Origin: Camelus ferus
Lineage: Eukaryota
DNA length: 64,000 bases
Assembly: GCF_009834535.1 (NCBI RefSeq)
Contig: NC_045697.1
Span: 35,466,001 to 35,530,000 of the forward strand
Direction: 5' to 3'
Part shown: positions 38,122-51,422 of the stretch, piece by piece
Position numbering within the stretch: the stretch's first letter is position 1
Layout of the letters: every line of letters begins with the position of its first letter
Notes under the pieces: generated by a model
Seen by the model: the letters and a program-made list of their open reading frames with translations, nothing else
Told to the model about the DNA's origin: nothing
Database searches by the model: none
Made by a program: the position numbers and the translations under genes

Positions 38122-39599
38122 GCTCTCTTCTCATTGTAGGCAGCAAAGTACAGTAATGCCCAGCCTGAGTGTGCCACTGCCCCTGGCCTGCTATTGACCT
38201 CACCCCCTAACTGTTGAAAGGTGGGCCCCATGGGAGCCATTGTGGCTGAAACCAGACGCCACCATTTTCAAGTTCAGATGCAGCCTGACTTGACAGGGAT
38301 GCGGCATCTCTGAGTGCTGTGTGGAGCGGCAGGGAACACAACCCAGAATCGCAGAAGAATTCTGACTTGTGGGGTGAAGTGTGAACTGGGAGAGACAGGA
38401 AGTGGGAAGGAGCCAGCGGATGCATTCTTCGCCCTCTCCCTCTCCCCTCCCTCCACCCTCCCCACACTCTTTGACTATCTCAAGACTCCACGATCCATGC
38501 AGCCACTCCAGAGATATCCATGTGCCTGGGCAACCAGCTGCGTTCCCCTGAGCATCGTCTTGTGCTTGCATCCCTTGTCCTCTGCTTCAGTGACTTTTTC
38601 CTCTCACTCTGGCTTCCCCAGGACTGTTCCCCATCCCCATCTCTCCCTGACAATAATACACTGGCTTTTAAGTTTTGCTGCAGATTCTTTTCTAGTGACA
38701 TCAGACTCAGGCAGGGTACATGGAGGTTGGTTAAGGTTTTGCCTGGGGACCTCGTGCCAAAGAAGATCATAGAGATAGGGTTAGGGGGTCCTCGGTGAAG
38801 GGCTTTAGAGCTAACAGTGCAGGGGAGTCTCAGTGTTGGTGAGAGCCTGGGTGGGGTGGGCCATTAAGGGACAGGCCTTGAGGAAGTCAAGGAAAGTGAC
38901 AGCCGGAGAATGACAGGAAGATGCACAGCCACTTGGCGGTCCGGGGACACCTCCTGCAAAGCCTAATTTGAGACTCCTTTGTCCCCAAAGCCTCAGAGAC
39001 AGAGCATGTCCCTCATACACCCCAGACGCCAACCAGCGGAGAAGAATGGAGAAGTCATTCTGACGAGGCTGCTGAAACCAGTTCTGATGGAGAGTTCAAT
39101 TACTTCTCAACAGACTAAAATTTTACACAAAAAGAAGGCATTTAGATTGGAAGAGATAGAAAGACTTTTTATTGGCAAGTCTGTTATTCCTGCTATCCCA
39201 GGAAGAGTATCAGTTACAGATGAAAGAAAGAAATTGCATTTGCTCTGCAAGTCTGCGTGCCTTTTGAACGGTTTTGTGGCCCTGCTATAATTTACTGGAG
39301 TTTTGGGTGAGAGCCAAGAGTATTGGTCTCAGGAACAACATATGGCCCTGGGCGGGCAGCCAGCCGGGCGAGCACTACTGTTAACCAACTTTGTGATTGG
39401 GAGGTAATTCTTTCTTTGTCTTGAAATGTGGCTATTTGGCCAGATACATGGTTCCAAGTCAGGGGCTGCAGACGGCAGATGCCCACGTGGGCTGGGCAGG
39501 TAACGAAATGGGTGGAGTGGACTTGCTGGCAACTGTGTCGATCCAGAGTATGTTTGCCCTGTATGATCAGGACAGCCACCGCTTGACTGCTGCAGAAAA

Positions 39600-39870
39600 G
39601 AGGGTGTAGTGTTCCCAGGAAATAGCTTACGTTTACTGAGGCAAAGAGATGATCTCATTTTAAGCTCACAATAACCCTATGTGGGAGCTACCATTACTAT
39701 CCCTATTTTTCAGAGGAGGACAATGAACTTGAGTTACTTTGAATCCTGAGGCACAGAAAGCTTAAGTAACCTGAAGGCCAAGCAAGTAGAAAAGTGCAGA
39801 GCTGGGCTTCGGACTCAAGCAGTCTGCTCCAGAACCTGTCCGGCCATGATGGCACAATTCTGCCGATTTT
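39600..39870 (-). mobile_element. MIR SINE
   Basis: ctcatttaagctcacaataaccctatg...attactatccctatttttcagagg...gaggcacagaaagcttaagtaacc. Confidence 0.7.
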
Positions 39871-39904
39871 CCATGATTAGTCAGAAATTGAGATTAAAAA
39901 AAAT

Positions 39905-40045
39905 GTATATAGCATGGGGAACTATATTCAGTATCTTTTAATAGCCTATAATGAAAAAGAATATATGTATTTATAAAACTGAATCACTATGCTGTATGCC
40001 AGAAACTAACTACTTAAATAAAAATATACTTAAATAAAAAAATTT
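39905..40045 (+). mobile_element. Short L1 3'-end stub (L1_Art-like)
   Basis: tatatagcatggggaactatattcagtatctt...actgaatcactatgctgtatgccagaaactaac, homologous to 32158-32318. Confidence 0.75.
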
Positions 40046-40229
40046 TAATCTCCCAATTTAAATATTCAGAGTTAAAAAAAATATTCTGCAAGCCAAAGAA
40101 TACCAAAATATGGGCCAAGATATGGCCTGTGGGTTGCCAGCATGTGTTTGGTGTTCCAAGAGGGTTAAGTTAGAAGGTATCCTTGGAAAGCAGTGTTTTT
40201 GTTTATGTTTTCCTCCCCCAAATATTCAT

Positions 40230-40640
40230 AGCAGAGTTTAAACTTGTGGGTTTTCCTTCAGAGTAGTCAAATTGCACCCCTACACATTTTTACTGGCAAA
40301 ATTTCCATTGCTCAATGTATTTCTGGAAATTCTTCTTTTGGAATTGCCTTCAGAAAAGTTTACAAACCAGCTAATTATTTTGTAGCCATATCTCCTTTTT
40401 TTTTTTGATGAAACTAGCATTTCCCTGCGTGATTCCAATCATCTTCACCAGATGTGGCTCTGAATCACTTAGTTATTTCCCAAAATCACATCCATTCTGA
40501 GTGGATGGCAATTTACTGCCCCAGGAATCATTCAAAAGAATGTGTTTCAAAAATCATTAAAATACGCTGATAGCCTTCAAGATAACAACATTTAAAAGGA
40601 CACACCAATTCATCTCTTCATGTTCTTATTGGTTAAAAAA
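40230..40640 (+). mobile_element. Non-autonomous mariner-type DNA transposon relic (MARNA-like)
   Basis: ttttggaattgccttcaga ... gtggctctgaatcacttagttatttcccaaaatcacatcc ... attcaaaagaatgtg resembles the recalled MARNA consensus. Confidence 0.6.
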
Positions 40641-41064
40641 ACCAGCCCCTAATATCAGGCTTCATCTCATTTATATATTAGCCGGGTTGGATATTCTGAG
40701 CAATGATGTGATATTATCCCTGGTTGATGCTGCCATATAAATTCAATCATCTCTCTCTCTTTGGTGCTGGAATTATGACAAGGTACAGAAATTTAAATGG
40801 TTTTAGGTCTACAATGGGATGATATCTGAAATCTTGAAAAGCTGAGTAGTGTGCATTAGATTACTTTTTCTAGACTTTTTGCTGTGTGCAAGGTGGCTCT
40901 GTATAGCATGGCATTTCTAAATGCACCTGTTATGTGCAGTTTCCCCTTAGTTCCTCTGAAACAAATTCCAATGCAGCTACTAGCTGCATAAAGAACGCCA
41001 TTTAAGTGAGGCATTTAAGTGGGAAAAAACTAAAGAGGAAAATGAAATAAAGAAGAGTATCAGC

Positions 41065-41210
41065 GGGGGAGGGGATAGCTCAAGTAGTAGAGCACATGCT
41101 TAGCAAGCACAAGGTCCTGGGTTCGATCCCCAGCACCTTCTCCAAAAATAAATAAACCTAATTACCTCCTGCCCCCAAAATAAAAAAATAATTAAAAAAT
41201 AATACAACAG
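41065..41210 (+). mobile_element. tRNA-derived SINE (Vic-1-like) with perfect TSD
   Basis: A and B boxes present; TSD taaagaagagtatcagc at 41048-41064 and 41211-41227. Confidence 0.93.
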
Positions 41211-41764
41211 TAAAGAAGAGTATCAGCGATGACCAGTTGCACAGGTCATTCTGTTTCTGTTGCATCCATCCTCAACTCAGGGATTCCCCAGAAGTCAGAG
41301 TAGGGGGCGGGTACAGGGCTCTATTCTACAGCCTCTGATACCATTTGCTAATTCCGCTAGATTAGAGTGAGTAGGGTTGGCTTCCAGCTAAGTGATACTA
41401 TTCTGTCTCTATTGCATCTGTGGTAGAATCCATTTATTTTTCTCTCTTTTTGTTTTTAAAACACATTCTCTTCTTACCCCAAGCAAGTGTTAGTGCCTTC
41501 ATTGCTCTTTCCTGTCCAATAGTTTCTAGACTTGGATTTTGTGACCTGAAATTTTTCTTCTAAGGGCACAGATTGACATAGCAGTGACAATTTTAAATTT
41601 TTCCATCTAAGGATATTAAAAAAAAAAACTACTATCATTGCCACCATTTGATGAAAGGAAGGAGATTTTAACCTTTAAAAAAGTATGAAAAGACATAATC
41701 CTAGAATAAAGGATGATGAAATAAATTTATATTTTCACATCCTACAGGATCACACCAGTTCTTC

Positions 41765-42458
41765 AAGGGAAAATAACAAATGTTGGTGAGAATATGGAGA
41801 TATTGGAACCTCTGTGCTCTGTTGGTGGGAATGTAAAATGATGCAGCTGCTGTAGAAAACAATACAGTGGTTCTTTAAAAAATTAAAATTCAAATTTTCA
41901 CATGATCCAGCTATTCTACTTCTAGATATATACCCATAAGAATTGAAAGCAAGGTCTTGAACAGATATTTGTATTCCAGATTCACAGCAGCACTATTCAC
42001 AATGGCCAAAAGTAGAAGCAACCAAATTGTCCACTGACAGATGAATGGATGAACAAAATGTGGTATGTACATATCAAATACTGTACATATTAAAAAAGAA
42101 TAAAATTCTGACACATGCTACCACATAAATGAACCTTGAGGACCTTATGCAAAGAGAAATAAGCCAGTCACAAAAGGACAAATACTGTATGATGCCACTT
42201 ATATGAGGGACCTAGAGTAGTCAAACGCATAGAGACAGAAAGTGGAGTGGTGGTTTCCAGGGGCTGTGGAGGAGGGATATGGGAGTTACTGTTTAATAGT
42301 TACAGAGTTTCAGTTTTGCATGCTGAAAACTTCTGGAGATTTGTGGCGCAATGATGTGAATATACTTAACACTACTCAACAGTACACTTAAAAATGTTAA
42401 GATGGAAAATTTTGTGTTTTATGAATTTCATCACAATTAAGCATTAAAATAAATAAAG
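41765..42458 (+). mobile_element. L1 3' end (L1MB-like)
   Basis: ORF2 C-terminal remnant and 3' UTR: gttggtgggaatgtaaaatg...gaaataagccagtcacaaaaggacaaatactgtatg...gtacacttaaaa. Confidence 0.88.
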
Positions 42459-42992
42459 CCATCATTCTCTTCAAAACAAAACAGAACCCTTCCTCCATGA
42501 GTGTATTTCTTGCTTCCTCCACATCTCGACAGGCTTCTAAAACTTCATCAGAGATGGGCTCTGATCCCCTGTGACTGTCGGGGAATCAACAGACAAGGAG
42601 GCCTCATGTTTCTGGAACTAACCTCAGGTTCTAGGCTAGAAACAGAAGTTAAGTGTCCTTGACCTCAGCCAACAAGAGAGTTTACCTGGGACAGGGCGGC
42701 TCTGTGGAAGGAGTCTGGCTGTGTTCCCCAGGCAGTGGAAGCCGGCCAGTCTCTGGCCGCTCTTAATTTCAGATGAGGAATCTGAGCTCTGAAATGCATA
42801 ATCTTATTTATTTCCTTTAGCACAGGGGTAACATTCAACTATTTTAAGGACATGCATTAATCAATAGAATGGATGCTGGCTCAGTGCTGGGGCAAAGATC
42901 TGGAGCCCCTCCTGCTGCTTTACCAGGTGCTCTGCCTTTGCTGGTGGGTTTCAGGAGGCCAGGGAGGCTGCTGAATTCATGTTTCAGTATCT

Positions 42993-45074
42993 ACCCACAC
43001 CTCCAGCTTTATGAAGGTATAATTGACAAATAAAGATTATAAATATATACAGTGTACAACGTGATGTTTTGATATATGGATACATTGTGACGTGATAACC
43101 ATAATTAATTCAACATATCCATCACCTCACATAGTTATCCTTTGGGTGTGTGTCAGATGAGAATACGTGAAGATTTACTGCCTTAGCAAATTTCAAGTAC
43201 ACAACACAGTATTACTACCTTTAGTCACCATGCTATACATTAGAGCCCCACAATTTATGTATACTGCATAACTGAAACTTTGTACCCTTTGACCAACATC
43301 ACCTCATTTTCCCTTCCCTCAACTCCCTGGCAACCACCATTCTACTCTCTGCTTCTGAGTTTGACTTTTTTAGATTCCACATACAAGTGAGATCATGCAG
43401 CATTTGTCTTTCTGTGCCTTGCTTATTTCCACTAGCAGAATGTCCTCTAGGTTCATCCATGTTGTCACAAATGACAAATTTCCTTCTTTTTTAAAGCTGA
43501 ATAATATTCCATTGTGTATATATACAGCACATTTTCTTTATTCATTCATCCATTCGTGGACACTTAGGTTGATTCCCTATCTTGGCTATTGTGAATAGCA
43601 CAGCAGTGAACATGGGACTGTAGATACCTCTTCAAGATCCTGGTTCCATTTCCTTTGGATATATACTCAGAAGTGGGATTTCTGGATCACAATGTAGTTC
43701 AATTTTTCATTTTTTGAGGAATCTCCATACTGTTGTCCATGATGGCTGTACCAATTTACATTCCCACCAACAGTGTATATGTGTTCCCTCTTCTCTACGT
43801 CCAAAACTTCTCTTTTGTCTTTTTGATAATACCATTCTAACAGGTGAAGGTGATATCTTATTGTGGTTTTGGTTTGTATTTTTCTAATGATTAGTGATGT
43901 TCTATTTTTTTCATATAGGTCTTCTTTTGTGAAATATCTATTTAGATCCTTTGCCTATTTTTTAATAGAGTTATTTGTTTTCTTGTTATTGAGTTTAAAT
44001 TCCTTATATAATTTGAATATTAGCTCCTTACCAGATGTTTAGTTTGTAAACCTTTTATTCTGTTCCATGGATTGTCTGTTTACTCTGTTGATTGTTTCCT
44101 TTGCTATGCAGAAGCTTTTTAGCTTGATGCAATCCCATTTGTCTATTTTTGGGTTTGTTGCCTGTGATTTTGGGGTCATATTCAAAAAATAATTGTCCAG
44201 ACCAATGTCAAGAAGCATCTCCCTTATGTTTTCTTCTAATAGTTTCACAGTTTCAGGTCTTATATTAAAGTCTTTAATCCATTTTGAGTTGACTTTTTAT
44301 ATGGTGTGAGGTAAGGGTCTAGTTTCATTCTCCTGCATGTAGATACCAAGTTTCCCCAACACTGTTTATTGGAGAGATTATTCTTTTCTCATTGTGTGAT
44401 CTTGGAACTTTGCCAGAGATCAACTGATTGCAAATGCATGAATTTATTTCTAGAATCTCTATTCTGTTCTATTGGTCTATAAGTCTATTTTTATACCACT
44501 ACCATACTGTTTTCATTACGAGAGCTTTGCAATGTATTTTGTAATCAGGAAGTGTGATGCCTTCAGTTTTGTTCTTTTTGTTCAAGATTGATTTGGCTAT
44601 TCGGGGTCTTTCATAGTTCCATATAAATTTTAGGATTGTTTTTTCTACTCTGAAAAATGCTATTGGAATTTTGATAGGGATTGCACTGAATATGTAGATT
44701 GCTTTGGATAGTATGGCCATTTTAATAATTTAAGTAATTATTCCAATTCATGAACATGGGATATCTTTCCATTTACCTGTGTCTTCTTCAATTTCGTTCA
44801 TCAATGTTTTATAGTTTTTTTAGTGTACAGATATTTTAAAACTCTTTGGTTAAATTTATTTCTAAATATTTTATTGGTCTTGATGATATTGTAAATTGGA
44901 TTTTTAAAAAATTTCCTTCTCAGATACTCTGTTGTTAGTGTATAGAAATGCTAATGATTTTTGTATGTTAATTTTGTATCCTGCAACTTTACTGAATTTG
45001 CTTACCACTTATAACAATCTTTCAGTATAGAGTCTTTAGGGTTTTTTATATGTAAGATCATGTCATTTGCAACA
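42993..45074 (-). mobile_element. 5'-truncated L1 (L1MA-like), 3' half of ORF2 and 3' UTR
   Basis: ORF fragments [19 protein letters not shown] and KIDKWDCIKLKSFCIAKE; candidate TSD tttca(g/a)tatct at 42982-42992 and 45075-45085. Confidence 0.9.
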
Positions 45075-46594
45075 TTTCAATATCTTTACAAACAGTAGGG
45101 TCACACTGGTGAATGCCAGCTCAATACTAGCTTCCCAGTTAGGTTCTTAATAAATGTCTTTTTAAAACTTTCTGAACTCTGCCACGCTGAACTGAAGAGG
45201 GAGGAGATTTGTCTATATCTGGAACAAGTTAGCTAGGGAAAACAAAGTGGCTTAGATCAGGTGTATGGGTTTGGGGGGAGTCAGGGAGGAGGGATGGTAA
45301 CAGCTGGCCAACTGGAAAATCAGGGAAGAGCCAGGTAAACTGTGGTAAGGATGTGGGCAGAAAGGAGAAGTTGGAAAGAGTAAGTGGAAAAACATTTCTC
45401 CCCTCCTGCTTTTCAAGGGAGTGTGCAGAACCATGGCATCCATAATTAACCTTGCAAATTCTGAAAGTAAGGACAGTAATAGTTCATTTTCCTCCCACTA
45501 TTTTGTTGGATCTTGGAGCAAATCACAAAGCAGATTTTCTGAAGCCAGCAAACCAAGTACATAGCTGGTGAGTTCAGGGAGGAGTTAGTTTTTTTGTATA
45601 AAGTCAGGCTCAGTGGCTTTTGGCATCTTGTGGGCACGTCTCAGTGTAACCACTTTTTTGTTTTTCCATTGGGAGGTGATGATATTGACAGACAAGAAAA
45701 GCTGAAAGCCAAACAGGAAATAGGAAAGGTAGCACAGGGTCTGGAGAGCATCCCTGAGGACCGAGCAGGCAGTACCTTTAACTGGAGAAGCTTGACCATC
45801 ACAATTTAAACCTGTGAATCCTCCCACACTGGGAATGGGAGTGGGTGGGCTGCCAACACCATATCACTGAGCACAGCTGGGAAGAGATGCACACAATTTG
45901 CTCCTGTGTGCCCACTCCGGCCATCTCTGCTTAGAGGAGTTAAGCAACTTCCTCCAAAGCACTTCCTGTCATCAATGCAATACAGCACCTCGTGATAAAT
46001 CACCTAGAATGTAGAAAGGGCCCACCTTGGGGAGGTGGCAGTGGCAAAGGGGAGGAAAGGATGGCTGAGAGAGATTTTTGCAGAAAGCACTCCAAAAGAC
46101 AAATGTTATTCACTTTTCTCAGTCCAGCAGTCTGAAAAAGCATAGTTCAAAGATCAATGACCAATTAATATCCAGCTGCTGAAAGAGAACAGTGCTTTGA
46201 CCTTAGCCGAAAGTTACATAAACTCTACTTGGGCAAGAGACTTCTTAGGGAGAATTAAGAGGGAGCATAAACAGAGCTGGCTGGGGAAGAACTGGAAGAA
46301 CTTTCTTGTTTAATCTCTAGAATCCACTGAAACCTGTGGTGGGTGGAGGACAGAGGGGGAGCTCTGTAATAGCCCTGGAGGTTCTGGGCTAGGGAATCAG
46401 GTTTTCAGAGGTATCTCAGAGCCAAGACAGTGGGATGGTGGTGGTGGTGATCTCACAATTAGGTGCAGGTTGGGAATTTCAAAATTCTTTCTTTGTGTTC
46501 TGTGTTGACTTCGGGATCCAAGCTTGACTGCAGCAAAGGCTCTGGCTTGATCAGGGCCACGGGCATGTGGTGCTTTACGTGGTAAGAATGGAGC

Positions 46595-46790
46595 AGAGTG
46601 TGGCATGTTGGAAAGAGCTCTGAACTGATTCTAGTCCCAGCCCTGCCGCTGTGGGCTGGCTGATCTTGGGTAGGCAACTTTGAGCCTGTTTTTGTCATTT
46701 GAAACACAAAAGTGTTGGGCTTGATTAATTTTTAAAAATCCATTCCAGCTCTGAAAGGCTATGATTCTGTGACCCTTAAATATTCTCATT
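46595..46790 (+). mobile_element. MIR SINE
   Basis: gagtgtggcatgttggaaagagctctg...ctagtcccagccctgcc...gatcttgggtaggc...tgagcctgtttttgtcatttgaaa. Confidence 0.6.
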
Positions 46791-46854
46791 TCCAAAGTGC
46801 TATCTTCATGCAGAAACTTTGATGAAGCAAATCTCACTTGGAAGTAGAATAGAA

Positions 46855-47093
46855 CAGTAAACATTTGTACAGTGCTAATTAGTACCAGACCCTGTTTTAA
46901 GTGCTCTAAGTATGCCGAGTCATTTAATTCTTACATCGATCATTTGAAATAGATAATATTATTACCTTCATTTTGCAGACGAGGAAACTGAGGTGCAGTT
47001 TGGTTCTATAAGCCTGTGGGATAGGTGCAGTTCTCAGCCCTACTTCATGAATGAAGAAACCAAGGCTTTCAGACAGTGCTGTGCTGCTGCCTG
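46855..47093 (-). mobile_element. MIR SINE
   Basis: catttaattcttac...attattaccttcattttgcagacgaggaaactgagg. Confidence 0.75.
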
Positions 47094-47094
47094 T

Positions 47095-47890
47095 GGCAGA
47101 GGATGGGAAGGGTCCAGCCGGGCTGGCAGCAGCCCCAGGACGGGGCCCAGGAGCACAGGGCCAAAGGAATCCCCGGAGGCACCTAAGTTAGGTCCAGTGC
47201 ACCCGCTTCTGTGTCATTTCGGGGTTGCCCAGGACCACAATGGGAGAGAGAGCAGCTCTGGGAAGCTAACTTCCAGCGCCCATCTCCTGGCCTTGCTGAG
47301 GCTGAGCAGCTTGGCTCTGGTGGCCCCAGGTCGGTGCAGGGGGATATCGTCTGAGGCGACCCCCTCCCAGAGTCCCGCCTGACGCCCTCAGCATTCTCCT
47401 GGTCTCCTCTCACCCAGGCCCTCCCTCCTCATCTCTCTCCCTCCTGCTTCCTCTCTCTTCACCTCCTACAATCCCTCAAGGCCAGAGGGGCAGGTCTGAC
47501 CTTTTACTTCCACTGTCTCACATCCTCCTGTGCTCAGCGAGCAGCCCGTGGTCTAGACCTGGTGGGCAGGAAAGGGCTCTTCCTATTCAGTGGAAAGGCT
47601 CTGGACCAGGTCATCTGAGACTGGTTCTTGACCTTGCTGGGAGAGGTGATCTGCCATGTGGGTCCCTGGGTGTGCTGAGAGTGCGAGCTCTCACCCTTCC
47701 TGGGCCACTTCTCAGGGTTGTGTGTGCAGGGGGCAGCCTGAGGGATGAGGTAGCATCTCCCCAAAGACAAAGAGCAGGCTTGCTACAAAGAGGTGACTCC
47801 CTAAACTCAGTGTTCCTTGGCCAGGACACAAACCATGCTCCCCACCCTGTCCCCAGGCTTTCTGTGAACCCCTGGTGAGCACCAGTGAAG
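47095..47890 (-). repeat. Inverted duplication, arm 2 (796 bp)
   Basis: Reverse complement of 37303-38121, lacking 13-bp and 10-bp segments present in arm 1. Confidence 0.97.
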
Positions 47891-48949
47891 GATTTGGAGG
47901 GGGACTGACTTGAGTATCTACCTCTTTTCTCATTGTAGGCAGTGTGAATCACTGAGTCTGAACGTGTACAGAGCCAGGGGGCTAAGTGTTTCCAGAAACA
48001 ACCAGCGATTTATTGGCTTCCTGGCTCCAGATAATATGATGTGTGATTTGATATGAGCTCCAACAGAGTAGTGGGAGGGAGATGAGTTATTAAATGCCCT
48101 TACTATTAAAGTTTTTAAGATAATTTTTTATGCCAGGGTTGTACACACTTCTTTGAGAAGATTTTCCAAGGTAAGGTGACAGAAGAGAGATCTCACAACT
48201 AGGGGCAGGGAGGTCCTCGGTGGCTGATTGTACTCGCTGTCCCGGTTTTGCAGACTGAGGAGCTGAGGCCCATGGAAGATTATAGAAACCTGCTCCTTGT
48301 CCTGAAGGAGGAACTCAACACATACCCACTGATGGGACTGATGGAGACTATAATAAAAGACTCCCACGGATGCATGACTGTGTTAGGCACTCGGGTCATG
48401 TGGAAATCAAGGCGGGGTCCCAGTATGGGTGGAAAGTCAGAGCAAGTGCAGGACTTTGGTTAAAGCACTGAAAGAGGCCGAGGAAGGGACGTCAGGCTCA
48501 AGAGACAAAAAGGCAATGGTAGATGCCGCAGGGGACCTCGAAATCTCATGAGTATCTACTCAACCCCTTTTTCAATTACACTTACGAGTGGGTTTCCATT
48601 AACCAAAGCATATAAAAGTTGGGTCAAAGCAGCCATCTTCCAGTGGTGAAAATTGTCAGAGAGTCAGAAATCGGTCACCCTATGTATTGAAATTCTATGA
48701 AAATGTCTTAAGAGAAAGTTAGACTAAAAGTCAAGACTAGTTAACATTCCTCTCCTAATTTTTAAATTTACTACAGCAGGAGATTGCTTTCCAAGAAATT
48801 ACATAAAGTTATTTTTCAAAGGAGATTGACTGCATTCTTCCTTAGTGATTTCTGAAAAGGGAAGAGTCTGGGACCTCCTTCCCATCACTGACATGTGTCC
48901 TTTCTAGTAGAAGTATGTTGAAAAACCCTGTTTCTGGCTGCAGCTGAAA

Positions 48950-50080
48950 TTTACTTGTTCAATCAAAAATGTTTACTGAGCACCTACTCTGTGTGGGGAC
49001 ATTGTCCCCAGCCCAGGGGATGCTCTCATGACCAAGATAATTAAGACTGTGCCCTTATTATAGGGAAGACAGACAGTAACACAAGAAACACTTAAATAAA
49101 CAAGGCTTTTGTAGATAATTTTACGAGGTATGAATGCGATAAAGAGTGCATTGGGTGGGGTGTGCTACTTCAGACAGGATAAGATGGGAAGGCCTGTCTG
49201 TGGAGCTGAGATTTCAGCTGAGATCTTTATGACAGTAAGAAACCCTGGTGTGAACACAGTACACTCCACATGGAGGAGCAGGAGACAGCACACTCCTGCA
49301 GTGGGACCAGGCTCGGTGTGTGCAGGGAGCGGAGAGGCCAGTGTGGCTGAAGCAGTGAAAGAAGGAGAGTAGCAGGTGGTAATATTAGGTAGTTAGGTGG
49401 AGGAGAGGGAGGAGAGGAAGGAGAGGGAGGATGGTCTGGAAGATGGTATTATGCCCGCCTCCAACATAAAGGGGCTTTATTTCCTCTAAATGAGTGCCAG
49501 CAAGAAATCAGTTAGAACCTGATAGCTGCAGCTGTGCAGTAGCGAGAAGGACCTAACCGGAAAGGACCCAGTGCTCATTGTGATATAATTAGCATTGCTG
49601 TGTAGGCCCCGCAGGGGTTTTTCTTTGTACACCACGGGGAAGGACATGCGCAAAGAGGACAGACTTAACTAAGCACTCCAGGGAGAAGAGCCATCAATCA
49701 ATCAAAAGACCACCTCTAAGTGAGGGTGTAAGAGGAGGGGCAAACAAAGACCACTGCTCCCCTCCCTTGGATCCGCCCACCTCCCATTCTTGGAGGTGCA
49801 CTTTTCCTTCCCTAAATAAATCCTTTAAAACCTTGCTGTACAATGCACCATCTCTTGTCTGCATTCTTATCTTTCCAGTAAGACAAGAACTGGGGTCTTT
49901 TCCCTTCTCCTCTTGGGGTAACGGCAAGGGTGGCCAGGAGGTGGCAGAGTGGGTGGCAGGTTTTGCTGTGAGCCAAGGAGGGAGCCCACTTGGCAGGTTT
50001 TTTACAGGACAGTGACGTGATCTGGCCACGCCGTGGAAACAGTGCAAATCCCAGCTAGGTTTTAATGGAGAAGAACAAAA
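48950..50080 (-). mobile_element. L2 LINE relic, split by an LTR
   Basis: L2 3' end text (ttcaatcaaaaatgtttactgagcacctactctgtg) continuing after 49925 (acagtgacgtgatctgg). Confidence 0.7.
49448..49923 (+). mobile_element. Solo LTR-like element (ERV1-class, family uncertain)
   Basis: Interrupts the L2. Has AATAAA near 49815 followed by U5-like text (gcattcttatctttccagtaagacaagaac...ggggtaac). Confidence 0.55.
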
Positions 50081-51422
50081 GAGCAATCCGTATACCTTCA
50101 CTTTTGGGTCAGGATTCAGGTTTTTAAAATAACCTCATCACGCGGTTTAGTGGTGACCTTCTTCGAAAAGGGGGAACCGAGTAGGAGCACATCTCCTCCG
50201 GGCTGAGTTTTGCTCACATATTGCAGTCGATAACATCACACGTTCAAAGACAAAATTCTATGTTGCCATCTGCAGGTTTAGGCTGTTACACAGTTGGGAC
50301 TTCATAACCAAGTGGAAATCAAATCTTGGTGAATCTGTAAATTGATTTTTCCTCTACTGACCATGTAGGGCTGGAGCCCATTACATTTAGCACTTTTGAA
50401 TTCAGTTGAGCATCTATTACTTAGATATGTGTTCCAAACAATACATTGACATTCTTTCCACATACATCCATAGATCACTTAACAAATAGACTGAATATGC
50501 ATCCTTCCCCCTGCCCAGCTTCGCATTCCCACCCCTCGCCTCCCCATCTCCCTTCCCAAACACAGCATTGGCAGCACCTGTTGTACTGCTGGAGGAGGAA
50601 GCTTGTCTTCCAGAAACTTTCCCTCTGGATTCTAAGTGCTCTGAGGGCAGAATGGCGTCAGTGTGGGTCCAGCGCTGGCCCCATCTTCCCTTACACCATG
50701 TACCCCATCCTCACCCAGTGTTCCTCACAGCATTTTGCACATGAGTGGCTTTCTGTTGAACTGAGTGGTAAATCCAAGAGCGTTTCCGTGTGTATGCCTG
50801 TACAATTTAGCAAGACAAACATGGCCTGCCATAAATACCATAAATACTTAGGGGATTTTTAGATGTGCCACCGAGTTAAAGGAAGTAATTCATTCCAGGC
50901 TGCTGAGTCAGCCAAGTAAAACCTGATGTGTTTCGAAAGCCATGAGTAGTAGGTAGAGTGGGTGTGCGCTGTGTGCCAGCTAGTGGCAGGATTTACAGAA
51001 TGGGAAGCTCTCAGGAGCTTTTTCTATCAAAGTCCAAAGCTTTTATATAATCCACTCTCCTTATAAGTAACTCTTTCTGTGCAAGGAAACGCTTTTGCAA
51101 CAATTTGGTTTTGTCACAGAGTGTTTTGCTTTCCCCTTGGCAACTGCAGGCAGGACTTGATGTTCTGGGATTTCTCCTCCTCTGGATTTGGGTGTGAGTT
51201 AATTTCCATTTTTACTGCTTGTAAATCATTGTCTAGGCTTTACAGGCATGTGTGGCATGTGCTTAATGCCTCATGCAGGACTTACCAGACATCTAATTCC
51301 TTCCTGGAGGCGGCAAACGTAGGTCAGCAATGTTCGCTGTCCCGCAGCCTTGCTGGAAATGCAGACCCTTTCAGGATCTTGCGTGGAAGATTTTTCAGCT
51401 CCTTTTATTTGCATATTAAAAT

